Positions 1 through 11,250 of a stretch of DNA of 64,000 nucleotides are shown here, piece by piece. Source of the stretch: Eledone cirrhosa (lineage: Eukaryota); the NCBI GenBank assembly GCA_964016885.1, contig OZ024743.1:218860001-218924000 (forward strand), given 5' to 3'. Every line of letters starts with the position of its first letter. The stretch's first letter is position 1. The translations under genes and the position numbers were made by a program. Below the pieces are notes generated by a model, which saw only the letters and a program-made list of their open reading frames with translations, did no database searches and was not told the origin of the DNA.

Positions 1-29
1 TGAGGCAACACTTTACCTTGCTCAAATAG

Positions 30-100
30 ACCTGTATTTTGGCTGATTTTTTTACAGCTGGATTCCCTTCCTAACACCAACGGCGTTTACTGTGTGGAAC
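30..100 (-). mobile_element. Fragment of the same RTE-type 3'UTR module, inverted
   Basis: The reverse complement reads ccacacagtaaacgccgttggtgttaggaagggaatccagctgtaaa. Confidence 0.6.
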
Positions 101-149
101 TGGAGGGAGGGGGCGTCCCGCTATGAGAGGGTCAGGCCAATTAGCCACA

Positions 150-331
150 ACATAGTCCACACTGTAAATGTAGTTGGCGTTAGGAAGGGCATCCAGCCAT
201 AGAAACCAAGCCAAAATCAGTTCTGTATGAGCAAGACACTGTCATCTGATCTGGCTTGTCTCAAAGGGACAACTCATCAACCCAATCTAGCATAGAAAAA
301 TGGATGTTAAATGTTGATGATGATGATGATA
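150..331 (+). mobile_element. RTE-type 3' end (LINE 3'UTR or partner SINE tail) with (GAT)n tail
   Basis: cacactgtaaatgtagttggcgttaggaagggcatcca...atgttaaatgttgatgatgatgat is homologous to the 3'UTR of the RTE copy at 34955-35130. Confidence 0.75.
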
Positions 332-456
332 TTTAGATATGTACATACTTATACAATGGGTATCAGGTGCTTTTTATGTGGGCACCAGTATTATTTGGCT
401 AAGAAACATTTAACTATTTCCAAACAAATGACAGAATATAGATTCAAAATGCTCAC

Positions 457-569
457 TTGAATTTATAGGTTTCTTTTTTGTTATTTACAAACCCATCTGC
501 GAACTCCTTAGGGATAACAAACTGGACAGTTGAGCTGCCATTAGCTTGATCATCTTCAATTTCAAAAAG
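457..569 (-). CDS. KIF6: Kinesin KIF6, coding exon 2 (gene continues beyond the left edge)
   Basis: A strong polypyrimidine acceptor (ttattgttttctttatttccAG) precedes a 113-nt exon encoding LFEIEDDQANGSSTVQFVIPKEFADGFVNNKKETYKF(K), ending at donor AA|GTGAGC. It is in phase with exon 1 and matches the recalled KIF6 motif ...PRDLADGFVNNKRESYKFK. Confidence 0.9.
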
Positions 570-925
570 CTGGAAATAAAGAAAACAATAAATAAATAAA
601 TGACACCTACTAAGCATACATGGTTCTGCTGCAAAACATTTTGTTTTTTAACTATTGATAAGATCCCAGACCTCATTTGATTACCAAGTGGGGTGGAACT
701 TGTCAAATCAAACCAAGGAAACAATGTTTCTATTGGTTTTTCCATTGCTGATACAATCTACCAGTCACAACTCCTGACAGAAGGAACAATGTGTCTTGCT
801 CAAGGACATAAGGCAACCTCTCAATTGTAAATCCAATTCCCTTGTGAAGGTGCGTGGCTTCACACTGTCTCGCATACATGATATATTTAGTTTTAAAATG
901 TTGATTTACTGAGATTATCTTTCTA

Positions 926-1108
926 CGGTGGATTGGCAGTATCGGTAGAGGGTCGGACGCCATGCTTTCCAGCATAGTTACGTCCCTTTACGATCTGAGT
1001 TCAAATCCCGCCGAGGTTGACTTTGCCTTTCATCCTTACGGGGTCGATAAAATAAAGTACCAGTAATGAACTGGGTAATTGCTGGCCTTGTGCCTAAAAG
1101 TAGAAACA
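926..1108 (+). mobile_element. tRNA-derived SINE (short subfamily), in KIF6 intron 1
   Basis: A box TGGCAGTATCGG, B box GAGTTCAAATCCC, central gactttgcctttcatcct..ggggtcgataaaataaagtacc (resembles the Meta/MESC domain, from memory). 12-bp TSD attatctttcta at 914-925 and 1109-1120. Confidence 0.9.
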
Positions 1109-1774
1109 ATTATCTTTCTAATAGTAGATATAATCTCCTTCGAGGTGTGTTTAAAAAATCTAAAAGCAACAAGGGAGATAACACCTATAATATTAGCCAA
1201 TCAAAATTTTTGGAAAATAAAGACAATGCTTGTTAATCTTGTTTTTTAAAACCAATTGGTGAAAGTAATGGCCATGTTTCTATCTTATTAAATCTCATCA
1301 GTGAAATATACTCAGCTCAATCAGCAATATATATATATATATAAACTATATATTATGATCGCTGCAGCCTGATGATATCCATTGTTCCATCATACCAGTA
1401 ACTGAAGCAGGTTGGTTGTTGACTCAGAAGGCTGAGGTATAATTTTAAATGATGTGCTTGAATTTAATTTATGGGTGGTGTGGTATGGTTTAGTTGGTAA
1501 AGTTGATTGTAGAATTATGTTTTGTGTTTGTGTAAGTTTATGAATGGCATGGGTTTGGTTTAGATTTGTTTACATTCTAGTTAAGATATATACAGTCTTA
1601 GTTATACATACATATATACACAAACATACATGCATATGAAATTGAAAATCTGTTTGTATAGAAAGCCATGCAATGAAAGTGGGTTAGATTGCCAAGTTAA
1701 TAATCAAAGGGGAATTAAGAGAAAGCAAAATAAAAGGACAAGGGACAAGTGATTGAAAGTTACCTTAGCAATTT

Positions 1775-1778
<4 letters not shown>

Positions 1779-1838
<60 letters not shown>

Positions 1839-1855
1839 GAGAGCGAATGAGAGAG
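1779..1855. repeat. (TA)n then (GA)n microsatellite
   Basis: Directly visible. Confidence 0.95.
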
Positions 1856-2068
1856 AGAATGTTGTTCATTAATATCAACTATAGTACAGAGGGAAAATAT
1901 CTGAGCGGATAATTCATCATAGTAAAGGAGACACATGCAGCTTCTAAGTATGCTGATTAATAAACATGTGTTCCATAACAATACTCTACTTATATCAGAT
2001 ACCATCTTTAAAGCATCCTGATTATATGTGTGTGTGTGTATGTGTGTATAACTAAGACCATATATACC

Positions 2069-2495
2069 TTAACCTTTTCATTACAAACCCAGCCAAAACT
2101 GGCTTTGGTTATATGATATAAAGTCACCCATTTTAAAGGTTTCCAATTTAAATTGGAATCTTATAATATAATGTTATATAAGAACCTTACATTAAGTTAC
2201 TATCTTAGTAATGAAATAACTAATAATTTAGGTAAATCCCTAAAAGTTCTTCATTAATTAATTGGTGGATTGGCAGTATCGGTAGAGGGTCGGACGCATG
2301 CTTTCCAGCATGGTTGCATCCCTTTATGATCCGAGTTCAAATCCCGCCGAGGTTGACTTTGCCTTTCATCCTTACGTGGTCGATAAAATAAAGTACCAGT
2401 AATGCACTGAGTAATTGCTGGCCTTGTGCCTAAAGTAGAAACAATTAATTAATTGAAATAGCATGTATTTCATTAGAAATATGGTCATGAGTAAG
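2069..2495. mobile_element. Old TTAA-type (piggyBac-like) MITE interrupted by a SINE
   Basis: Starts ttaacctttt. It shares segments with 11490-11722 and 26913-27110 (aaact..c..tgg..tatgatataaa; ataagaacctt; gtatttcatta). Confidence 0.45.
2265..2443 (+). mobile_element. tRNA-derived SINE (short subfamily)
   Basis: Near-identical to 926-1108. TSD attaattaattg at 2253-2264 and 2444-2455. Confidence 0.9.
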
Positions 2496-2499
2496 GCAA

Positions 2500-2645
2500 G
2501 CCCTGCTCCAACAGGTGTCTTGGACACCACAGGCTGGGGAAAATAGTTATTTGATAATTCCCGGTATTTTAGGATTTTATTCCATTTGGCTACATAAGCA
2601 GTTACCCTCACATTTACTGTGGCATCCAGGATGTGGGATGGAGTA
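2500..2645 (-). pseudogene. Possible decayed restriction-like endonuclease (RLE) end of a non-LTR retroelement
   Basis: Minus-strand fragments LDATV and KILKYRELSNNYFPQPVVSKTPVGAG resemble the RLE C-terminal pattern (WDAT..KxxKYxxL..YxFxPxxxETxG). The match is weak. Confidence 0.3.
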
Positions 2646-2891
2646 AAAGAGTCACTGATTCAACTATTGTTTGGTTTTGTTTGGTTTTTTTGTACAGATG
2701 TAGAACAGTGAGTAAATTATTCTCTAAAACCTTTCTATTTTTCTTTGCCAACCAGTGTATAATATTGTGCCTCTTCTTAGTGGTTCTTCCATAACCACCT
2801 TGGCAAATATGGTGAATCTTTGCTTTGCCGAGGAAGTCAGAAAACATCAAAATATGTCCATGGTTGTCTCCAGTGCCAGATTAAGTTAGGG

Positions 2892-3051
2892 CAATGGTTC
2901 CCAAAGTGGTATCTGAGGTTCCGTGAAAAAAAGGTAGACGAGTATATTTACGTTATGACCATATAGCTATTAGACTTTGGGGTCCCACCACCACAAAAAA
3001 GTTTCTGAACAAAAACAGGTTCCACGTTTGAATATGTTTGGGAAACCTTGG
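2892..3051. mobile_element. hAT-like MITE
   Basis: Imperfect TIRs caatggttcccaaa / tttgggaaaccttg. No clear TSD. Confidence 0.5.
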
Positions 3052-4091
3052 GTTTTGGGCAAGGTGTGTAGTATATACTGTAAAGAGGGCCCTAAATTTT
3101 GAAAATCGTTGACAAAAAGGTTAATGGCAGTGTAGTAGTAGAGTTTAAAGCATTTAGTACAGGGCCTTTAAAATATGGGACATGTAACAAATGTTACTTG
3201 AGGTTAACGCGGCACTGGCTGTCACCTAAACTTGTTAAACTAGTTAACACAATAACCGCATGATTATTTCTAGCTGTTCCCTATATTAAATATGTTAACA
3301 CTTACTTGACTACTGTTTTTCAGGTGGCGTCTCTGAGTAAATTAATTTTATAAATTATTATATTATATTAGCTTAGCAGACAGGCGCCAAACAATGAGAA
3401 CACATCTCTAATCTAAGTAGACAAAAATCATTTCTAAATAATAAATTATATATAACACCGAAAGTTAAATTTATTAAATCCGTCTTTGTTTATCATCACC
3501 AGATGACTTCTTCGTCACTCGACATTTCAGGAATGATACAAAGGATACGTGAAATTAAATATCATTTTAGTATATGAAAATAATTATTATTATTCAACAT
3601 ATAGTAATAATAATAATTTGTTTATTTGCTACACGGCCAACAAAGAGAGATCTATACAATAGAGTTCAATAAACTATATTTTGGGAACATATATATATAT
3701 ATACACGTATGTGTGTGTTTTAGAGAGAGAGAGAGAGGGGGGGGGGATAGAGAAATAAAAACAAAAGCTTTTAAATGAAATGGATGAAAACAATAGACAA
3801 TATCCTTGTTGTTATCTATTTCAAAATATACACAAACAGATTGATTAAAACCTCGGGTGTTTAAAGAAACGTTATTGAAACAATTGCAAAGAAGTCAACC
3901 GTATGAAGAGCCAACGATATGGCGAATACTAAACAAATATTCTTGAAGCAAAACGAAACACAAAAATGTACACAAAAATACGTCTATATAAACAAATATA
4001 TATATATATAATATATATGTATGTATGTATATAGGCATATATGTGTGTATGTGACTACATAAATTTGTGTTTGTATACAATATATATTTAC

Positions 4092-4151
4092 CCCAGTTCC
4101 ACATTTCGTAGGTTTAAGTCGAGCATAAATTTGAATAGTTTCTTTCACCAT
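4092..4151 (-). CDS. KIF6: Kinesin KIF6 (kinesin-9 family), coding exon 1
   Basis: The minus strand from ATG at 4151 reads MVKETIQIYARLKPTKCGTG (20 codons), followed by a phase-0 donor GTAAAT. This matches the KIF6 N-terminus as I recall it (MVKQTIQIFARVKP...). Confidence 0.9.
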
Positions 4152-4229
4152 AATTTTAGCTACCCGTTATGTTTTTTCTTTAAGTTTTTATACAAGGTAC
4201 TAAAGGAAATTGTCAAATATTAAGAAGAC

Positions 4230-4350
4230 ATGAATGCGTGGTAATTTACGTGTAGTTTGTTTACAAGCTACACCGCGACCGTTGCCCAGGAGCTCGGTTA
4301 ACACCGGTTCAATGGAAAGGTAACTCTTACCTGAAACTTAACTTTACGTG
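4230..4350. promoter_or_regulatory. Putative KIF6 proximal promoter
   Basis: CpG-rich patch 80-200 bp upstream of the ATG. It contains TGTTTAC (forkhead, 4258-4264), CCGTTG (Myb, 4279-4284) and GTTGCCCAGGAGCT (X-box-like, with a good GTTGCC half-site, 4281-4294). Confidence 0.5.
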
Positions 4351-4398
4351 TAACCTGATTCAGACGCTTTCTTTTTTCTTTGACTCAATTTGGATTTA

Positions 4399-4579
4399 CG
4401 AGGGTCGGCCCAAGTTCATAGGCTGACCAAGATACTCTCATGGTTTATTTTTCAACATAGTCGTTGGAAAGAAACGATGCAGTTATTAATAAGAAGAGTT
4501 GAAATTAATGCATGCCAAATTTTTCAGCTCTTGTATCACTCCTTCATAGTCAGCCTATGAACTTTTCGGCCGAGTCTCG
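4399..4579 (+). mobile_element. Mariner-type MITE, copy 1
   Basis: TA-flanked, with TIRs cgagggtcggcccaagttcataggctgac / gtcagcctatgaacttttcggccgagtctcg. Confidence 0.85.
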
Positions 4580-4597
4580 TATATATTTATCTATCTA

Positions 4598-4802
4598 CGA
4601 GGTTCGGCTGAAAACTTAATAGGCTGACCAAGAGACTCTCATGGAATGACCAAATGAGGTTTATTTTTCAACATAGTCCCTGGAAAGAAACAACGCACTT
4701 ATTAGTAATAAAAAAAAAATGTTGAAATTAACGCATGTAAGATTTCACAGTTCTAGCATCACTCCTTCATACTCAGCCTATGAACTTTTCAGCCGATCTT
4801 CG
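4598..4802 (+). mobile_element. Mariner-type MITE, copy 2 (adjacent to copy 1)
   Basis: TA-flanked, with the same TIRs and internal sequence as copy 1. Confidence 0.85.
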
Positions 4803-5463
4803 TATTTCACCCAATTTTTTTTCTAGTACCCTATAGAGAAAATTAATGAATTTTAGAGATGACGAGGGAAAATTACTAAACTTTTAGTGAACATTTTATT
4901 AAACGGCTTCAATTTGAAGGAAGTCTAAAGCTTAGTTTATTTTTAGGTCGCCCTATTATATGTAAACTGTTATGAAGTAAATAATTAAACATAAACGATA
5001 AAAACGGTTCAAAACTATATATCTATATAAGTTGTGTTATAAGATATATCTTGGGAGCTACTTATCGCTATTTTATATCTTTTACACTCGGTATTATGTT
5101 GTTGACAGCGTGTTTAGAACCGTCATGTTTAACAGACCCTCTCTCATTAAACTATTTATGGAACGATATTGTTTTGATAAATTCATCAATTTGAAATATA
5201 AACCGCATTATTATTTTCATCATTGTATCTTTCAAGTAAATTGAGATATTTAAAGGGCGGGGACGTTGTGTGTGACTGCCGCATCGAACCACAAACTACA
5301 CAGCACCTCCTGATATTCCCCCTGCTTTAACCCCACCTTCACAGCATTGGACTTGGCAGAGTTTTATGAGAAAGGATAGCAATGTGTTCAGTTGTGGTGG
5401 AACCACATCTAGCCAAGCTTTGTAACTGACACTCTTGTGGACACGACATGAAGAAGTCAAGTA

Positions 5464-5775
5464 CAGTGGAACCTCTGTTCACGAACGCCTCTCAGTACGA
5501 ACAATTTTTCTGAACATAAAACATCTCGGCTCACGAACAATGTCTCGAGTAACAAACACGCAAACCGACAACAAGCTTGGATTATCCGCGGTAAAGCGTC
5601 ACTTGCTATGTAGTTAGTTACTATGATGATATATGTCTGTCTTTCACACTTTCCTCTATCATACTGTATTTTTCTCTCAACATTTCATATAAGAAAAATT
5701 GTTTCGGCTTACGAACATTTCAGGTAACGAGCGGCCTTCAGGAACAAATCAAGTTAGTGAACTGAAGTTCCACTG
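5464..5775. mobile_element. Tigger/pogo-like MITE
   Basis: TIRs cagtggaacctc / gaagttccactg, a TA on the left, and subterminal acgaac repeats. Confidence 0.7.
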
Positions 5776-6324
5776 TTTTGGGATCGATATAATCGACTTT
5801 GCTCTCTTCCCAATATTACTGCCCTTGTCTCTATAATAGAAATCAATACTATGTGAGTGATAAAGTGGCAAACAAAATGCCTTCTGATATCTATTTGTTT
5901 ATGCTACTGTTAATTTGCCCTTCGTTCTCTCTTGCATTAATAAAATGTAGTATTGAGATACAACCTTTACCTAAACCAGTAACCTTTGTTAGAAACTGAA
6001 GCGAAGAACCATGCTTATTTTTCTACCCACATTCATGGCGTCACCATTTGAACTATCAAATTTTGTGCCATTTGAAGAATTGGTAAAAAAAAAACGTGGT
6101 GTTCGATAAAAGATTAACCACCGAATGAGAACAGCCAGTACAATAACACCAAGAGAAACAGCAATAGTCACAAATAAGGCAACTAAATGTGGACCCTCGG
6201 TCAGAGAGGTAACTAAACACTTTCTGTCAATCCTTTTATTCCTCTCTTTTACTTTCTTTCTTACTGCTCCAACAAAACTCCTACTACAAACATTGTCATA
6301 CCTAATAACATGCATAGCATCATC

Positions 6325-7790
6325 ATTGGCTACTGCTACAAGGACAATGGAGATACACTGGACAGAGGAAACTACACAAATATCAAGTTGAACCAGGTCA
6401 TGGAAGTTACTGAAAGAGTTCTTACACAATTAATTTAGGTTACAATTAACATAGATGAAATGCAGGTTTGTGTTATGCCTAGAAGAGGTACCACAGATGC
6501 CCTCTTCTTTGTGAGACAGCTCCAGGAGAAGTTCTTAGCTAAGAGTATGCCTCTCTACTAACCCTTTGTTGACTTGGAAAAAGCTTTTGACAAGGTTACC
6601 TACTCCATAATCTGGTGGCTTTTTAGGAAACTAGGGGTAGAAGAATGGCTTGTAAAAGATGGTACAAGCCATGTACAGTGGAGCAGTCAGAAGGTTAGTC
6701 AACAATGAATATAATGACAAATTTAGTGTGCAGGTGAGGGTCCACAGGGCTCTGTTCTTAACCCCCCCCCCATCCCTGTTTATTATTGTCCTTCAGACCA
6801 TAACAGAAGAGTTTAAAACTGACTTCCCATGGGGACTCTTATATGCTGATGATCTAGTTCTTATAGCTGAAACTGAGGCAGAATTAAAGAAGAAATTCCA
6901 GATATGGAATCAAAAGGCCTTAGAGTCCACCTAGCAAAGACCATAATCCCAATAAAAAAAGAAAACAGGGCCCTGATTTCTTCAGGGAAATGGTGTTGCT
7001 CACATGCAGGAAAGAAGTATGTAGAAATTCCATCTTATGTGCACATTGTGGGTTATAGGCACACGAAAGATGTAGTGGGATTGCAGGCAAGCTAGCAAAA
7101 AATTATAGGCTGTGTATGTGGCCGATGCACAGTAGCAGTAAGCAACAAGAACCCACAGGAAACAAGCCCTGTTAAATTTTAAGATGGTTCCCGAGAAATA
7201 GACGACAGCTTCTGCTACCTTGGGGACCAAATTAGCCATGGGGGTGAGTGTCCTTAAGGAACAGCAACTATAGTAAGGACCTGTTGAAAAAAGTTCAGGA
7301 TGTTACTACCACCGTTTGCTACAAAGAATTTCTCTCTCAGCGTGAAAAGGCAAATTGTACAATGCTTGCATGCAGACAGCAAGGCTATATGGTAGTGAAA
7401 CTTAGGCTTTGTGTATGAAAGACTTACAAAGATTAGAAAGAAATGAAATGAGCATGCTCCAACAGATATGTAATAATAATTATACATGAGTGATGTAGTA
7501 TGAATGAGCTGAGAGAAAAACTGGGTATAAGGGCATTGGTTGCAGCATTCAAGAGAGGAGACTATGATGGCATGGACATGTAATGCATATGGAGGATGAC
7601 AGCTGTAGAAAGAAATGTAGTGCACTGGAAGTTCAAGGAACCCTTAAAAGGAGAAGACCTAGGAAAACATGGGATAATGTGATAAAGGTTGACATCATGC
7701 AGCTGAACCTCACAAAGCAGATGACTCAGGATTGAGAAAACTAGCAATATTCCTTAATACGGGGAACTCACTTTCCCATGCAAGTGGAAT
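6325..7790 (+). mobile_element. Decayed RTE-clade LINE (RT through C-terminus)
   Basis: Frameshifted motifs CYKDNGDTLDRGNY, MPRRGTTDALFFVRQLQEK, FVDLEKAFDKV, PWGLLYADDLVLIAE and a Cys/His finger, collinear with the copy at 33988-35130. Confidence 0.9.
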
Positions 7791-7827
7791 GAAGCAATAC
7801 AAAAAGGATAGCTAACCACATACCTTC

Positions 7828-8075
7828 CGCCACCCTAAACCTGAAGAAGCAGAGTGGTGGTATAACACTCAGGACCCACCTCCCACCTGCCAGTATACTC
7901 CTGAATTCCTTGCAAGAATACTTCTAATCCCCTTCCCCACCCTAGATCTGAAGAAGCAGGGGGTAGGAACAACTCTCAATTCCTCATCTCCTTGTATACT
8001 CCTTCCCCACCCTACACCTGAAGAAGCAGGGAGAAGAAACAATTCTCAGATCCTTGCTTGCTAGTATACTCCTGC
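7828..8075. repeat. Three degenerate direct repeats containing caccct...ctgaagaagcag
   Basis: The motif occurs at ~7831, ~7938 and ~8008, each followed by gtatactcct. Confidence 0.6.
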
Positions 8076-8594
8076 GTTCTTCACCCAACCCATGGTAACA
8101 TGGAAAGCTTTAAAGAACCTTGACTGAATCACTTTCCCTGCTGAACCTTTGCACATGGAACACTTTCCCAACCCAGGAAAGCTTAACACACCTCAAAATA
8201 TCAGACACCCCCCACCCACTTGTACCAAACAGTATATAAACATTCCTTTAAGGCCATTAAAGAAAGCTGGGCACACCCCACAATATACCTGACACCATCC
8301 ACTTGCTTCAAAGCCACCACCACAACCCCTTCCCACCAGCAATTCAAAGTCTGTACCCCACCAATACCTCACCAGCAAGACCAAGTACACTGAACACCCT
8401 AGTGCAGAAATAAGGCAACAAACTTCTCCTTTGATTTGTTGATATATTATAATTCACTAAGAGAAATAAATATTCCTCACATCAAGATCACTGCTGGGTT
8501 TAGTTCTTGTTTCTTTAGTTCATTCTGCTAGAATTTTGTGAAATCTATACTTTAACCTTTAATTAAAATTGGTAAACTTGACATTCCACAAAAC

Positions 8595-8745
8595 TGTTAC
8601 TAATATTTAGAATTGTTAGAAAATTGGACAAAATGCTTTGCAGCATTTAGTTATGGCCCTTTACCTTCTGAGTTCAATCTTGCTGAAGTTAACTTTCATC
8701 ATTCTAGGATTGATAGTCGAGTACCAGAGTCAAATTAATCAAGTA
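8595..8745 (+). mobile_element. Old degenerate tRNA-SINE
   Basis: atgctttgcagcat...ctgagttcaatcttgctgaagttaactttcatc...gagtaccag. Confidence 0.6.
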
Positions 8746-9049
8746 CTCCATCTATGATTGTATAGCAAGCATTGTTCAGTGAAATAGAAGTTTCTGGGGA
8801 TCAGAGATCATAACTTGGTTGTTTATGCCAATAATACCTTTAGGACAGGCATTAATATTACAAAATCTCATTTTCTCATGGTTTTATGCTTTAACTCTCT
8901 GCTTAGTCAAATGAAACAATCATTTATTCATATATATTCGCATATAGTGGAAGTAAATTTGTTTAAAGGGAGATTCAAAACAATTAGTTTTCAAATCTTG
9001 AGGCTGGTTTTCACAAATGAAAATTTATTAAACAACATTAACTAAAACA

Positions 9050-9295
9050 AGCACACACACACAGTACACATGACACACACGGCACACGTTCAACACATAC
9101 ACATGACACACACACAACACATACAACACATACACAACTCACACATACATGACATACACACTCAGTGCACACACACACGCAACACATAAACATAACATGC
9201 ACACACACTACAAACACAACACACATACACACACTCACATGCATACATTCCTTCTATCTGTATCTCTTTTTCTTTCTTTCTCTCTCTCTTTACCT
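9050..9295. repeat. Degenerate (CA)n then (CT)n low-complexity tract
   Basis: Directly visible. Confidence 0.9.
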
Positions 9296-10499
9296 CTCAC
9301 CATGTTTCTCATATTTTCTAAATCAGTTTCCTTGGGTCTTCAAGGAGACATCAGAAATTTCTAGAAAATAATTACAATTTTCACAATGTTAAAATAATTA
9401 AATTCATATATTGTTAAAGAAAAGTAAATTATATTCATATTTACATTCATTAGACCAAAATGAAACTACTACTTGACGAGAAAGGTATTCTTTGTAGTAG
9501 CACATTTTGTAGTTTTGTTTAAAGATGGAAGCATGTAGTATTCCCTATCCAATCTTAGGTCAAGCAACAGTAAATTTACATTAAATTATATTCTTATTTT
9601 GAATTTGATTTATTACAATTTGATAAAAGTAATTATTTCTTGAATACATGCTTAGAAAGAAATGGGTTGTATTGATTTTGTAACCAAAATGATTAATAAG
9701 AGACACTCAAGTTACAGAGAAATATTTAGATAAGACTAATTGTTGAAAAGCAAGATATGATAAAAGTATAGAAAATTATGTACTAAACTGTTGTTGTTTA
9801 GGATCAGATCATCCCAGGTGGAGCAGATCAAGGGTGTTTCCATTCATTTTATTTTGATCTCAAAATTATAATGTTTATAATAAAGCAAAAAACAAAACAT
9901 TTGTGATCAAAGACACAGACATGACTATTCCATATTGTACTTAATCCATAATATATATTGGTCTTGATCGAATATGTCCTTCCTTTTCTAAGACGGTTAG
10001 GATGATTTGAGGGAGATTTAGCCACTACATTTAGCAGAACAAACTACTACATAAAGGTTCTCCACTCTATGTCAGTGCATGATAAACCTTCAGTAGTGAT
10101 GCATATCTTGTAAACTTGTACAGAGTTAAAAAAAAAGGACAGGCTTTGCATGTCACCCATTATAACATCACCATCTGGTCCTTTACTATAAGGGAAAACG
10201 GATGTTATATGATGATAATGAAATATTTCCATTTTTAGCATAACTTCTATAGCTTGATGTACTCTCTAATGCCAACCACTTTACAATGTGTACTTGGCAC
10301 AAAGACCACCACTTTTATGTATGTTGTCTCTTTCTCTTAATGTTGTGGCAATGTTGTAAAGAAAAGAAAATTTTCATCATCCCTTGTGCAATCATTCATC
10401 TTTTGAATAGCAAAAATGTTTTACAGATTTTGAAGGTTCCAGATATTTCAGCCATTTGCCTTGTATAGATTGTGTTTTTCATCTCAAGTATCCATTAGA

Positions 10500-10960
10500 A
10501 CCTTTTCAGTGAAGTGGTCTATTTTTATTTTGTTTGAGCATTGAGTAGAGTTTTCCAATATTCCTGGGAGAGATATTTGTATCAGCTTTTATTTCATGTT
10601 TCTCCTCTAGAACAGTGGCTATCCTAACAATGTTATTTTCATGCTCATAAACCTTGCTGAGATGGTTGCTGACCTTTTTCTTCTGTTACTTCAGTGTTAC
10701 TATCCAGGTTTCATATGATGTTAATATGTATTTTAAGTCCCCACCATTATCCTTGCTTGAGAAATATAGCCTATCCACATTACCATTGATGTTAACATTT
10801 CCATTAACACTGGGCAGCTTGTGAGTCCTTATATCCATCTCATTCAGTTTTTACAATGATCAGTTCAGCAGGCCAAATGTTGGCATTAGGATGGACACAG
10901 CAAAAGTATTATAGTTGTATGTTGAAACTTCTGATAACCATATTTTCTTTACTTAGCTGT
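10500..10960 (-). mobile_element. Decayed R4/Dong-like non-LTR retrotransposon fragment
   Basis: The minus strand gives KKIWLSEVS..NTFAVSILMPTFG..MDIRTHKL..NGNVDRLYFSSKDNGG, which resembles the post-RT region (NTWAVPVL..DRKTRKLL..DVDRLYLPRKEGGRGL). Confidence 0.6.
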
Positions 10961-11072
10961 ATCCCATAACTTATCCCATAACTTATTGGTTTAGCAATTT
11001 GAGATCAATACATACCAAACTGTTTTTTCTTAAATGTGTACTTGTGTCAATCTGGTTGACTAATTCCCTTAA

Positions 11073-11250
11073 CCCTTTAGCATTTGAATCGGCCATATCC
11101 GGCCAGAATTCTCTCATTTCTTTCTGTTCAAACCAGCTGTAACTGGCCGCTCATACTTATGATAAGGTATTGTTCTCAAAATAAATAACATCAAAATCTC
11201 GTAGATTCGATATTATGTGAGATAATTATGTAAAGTAAAGACTTTACCAC
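11073..11250 (-). mobile_element. piggyBac-type MITE, partial
   Basis: Terminus ttaa-ccctttagcattt. It is the reverse complement of the copies at 18412 and 25554. Confidence 0.75.

Noticed and set aside
485-745. 86-aa ORF in the track
   Set aside because: It overlaps the real KIF6 exon 2 in a different frame, and the rest is intron.
926-1010. tRNA gene
   Set aside because: The A and B boxes belong to a multi-copy SINE head with TSDs, and no cloverleaf is evident.
5989-6429. 146-aa and 88-aa hydrophobic ORFs
   Set aside because: They overlap a decayed RTE LINE and resemble no recognisable protein.
7835-8050. CTGAAGA repeats as hammerhead cores
   Set aside because: There is no pairing stem II followed by GAAA.
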